DNA of 64,000 nucleotides from Utricularia gibba. Its lineage: Eukaryota > Plantae > Magnoliophyta. Positions 63,701 to 64,000 of the stretch are shown piece by piece. The stretch covers positions 1 to 64,000 of the forward strand of contig NEEC01000072.1 in assembly GCA_002189035.1 (NCBI GenBank), written 5' to 3'. The notes under the pieces were generated by a model. The model did not search any database. It saw nothing but the letters and a program-made list of their open reading frames with translations, and was not told the origin of the DNA. Both the position numbers and the translations under genes were made by a program. Within the stretch, counting starts at the first letter, position 1, and each line of letters starts with the position of its first letter.

Positions 63701-64000
63701 AAAAAGCATGTAGGCAGCCACCGAAAACCCAACGTTAATAAATGCATCACTTCTTTGGCCGGGCTACAAATGACTATGGGCCAGAGCGCGACTCGACCAT
63801 TTGGGGTTCACATGACATCCTAACTTCAGCAAATGCATCACGATTTTCATCGAGTAGCACCCGAATGGGCTCTGGAGCCAGACTGAACCTTGGGCCTAAC
63901 AAAGCTGCCAACTACAGCACCGCCTTAAAACGGCAAGCTATTGCTTGAAAAACCATTTAGGCAGCCGCCGAAAACCATCGTTGATAAATGCATCACTTAT
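57755..64000 (+). repeat. Right domain: 9-unit HOR (~2.75 kb; R* S* P* R S' P' Q/R S' Q) with a fixed 66-bp deletion, two full copies plus a partial third
   Basis: R* anchors are at 57755, 60502 and 63251 (spacings 2747 and 2749). Deletion junctions are at 58299, 61049 and 63796. Nine units of about 312.5 bp minus 66 bp gives about 2746 bp. Confidence 0.9.

Larger units (their letters stand above)
1..64000 (+). repeat. Tandem satellite DNA array, ~312-bp unit, ~205 copies, running off both window ends
   Basis: The anchor CATGA(C/G)ATCC recurs at 241, 553, 864, 1176, 1488 and so on to about 63811, mostly 308-314 bp apart. No non-satellite sequence or strand switch was seen. A hand count over 241-540 gives 50% GC (90 C, 60 G) and 16 CpG. 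Confidence 0.99.

Noticed and set aside
128-63948. All ORFs in the six-frame track (60-155 aa, e.g. MTHKSALSS..., MHHDFHRVA..., MIPLLKLGS...)
   Set aside because: They recur with the repeat on both strands in overlapping frames, change length with 1-bp indels, and resemble no protein family I recognise. They are chance open frames in a 50% GC satellite.
1-64000. CRISPR-like or diversity-cassette interpretation of conserved blocks alternating with variable blocks
   Set aside because: The variable parts are homologous to each other and fall into about four types rather than unique spacers. There are no cas, recombinase or reverse transcriptase genes, and the unit is far too long.
1-64000. 5S rDNA, tRNA or snRNA tandem array, rDNA spacer, or telomeric repeat
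   Set aside because: I found no recognisable 5S, tRNA or snRNA sequence, no Pol III box plus terminator arrangement, and no telomeric hexamer or heptamer runs. The internal 156-bp dimer structure fits a satellite.
1-64000. Assignment to a specific organism or a definite centromere call
   Set aside because: Unit length and HOR structure are suggestive only. No homology search or chromatin data are available.

Overview
The whole 64-kb window is one uninterrupted, head-to-tail satellite DNA array of roughly 205 copies of a ~312-bp unit. It is about 50% GC and CpG-rich, and all copies lie in the same orientation. I see no gene, RNA gene, transposon, CRISPR array or unique sequence, and the ORF track is a by-product of the repeat. 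Each 312-bp unit is a diverged dimer of ~156-bp halves. Four unit types, here called P, Q, R and S, can be told apart by diagnostic bases after CATGA(C/G)ATCCTAACT. They follow a cyclic order P>Q>R>S>P, and local higher-order repeats (HORs) appear to arise by in-register skipping of single units. The HORs are 6-, 7-, 8-, 9-, 13- and 14-mers arranged in domains. A very homogeneous 14-mer (~4.38 kb) domain at ~20-41.7 kb is flanked on both sides by domains that share variants it lacks. A 9-mer (~2.75 kb) HOR carrying a fixed 66-bp microhomology-flanked deletion occupies the right end. The architecture resembles a eukaryotic centromeric or pericentromeric satellite, but I cannot name the species or family or show centromere function from sequence alone. 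All unit typing and counts were done by eye. Some 1-bp indels and the degraded patch near 49-50 kb may be long-read assembly error.
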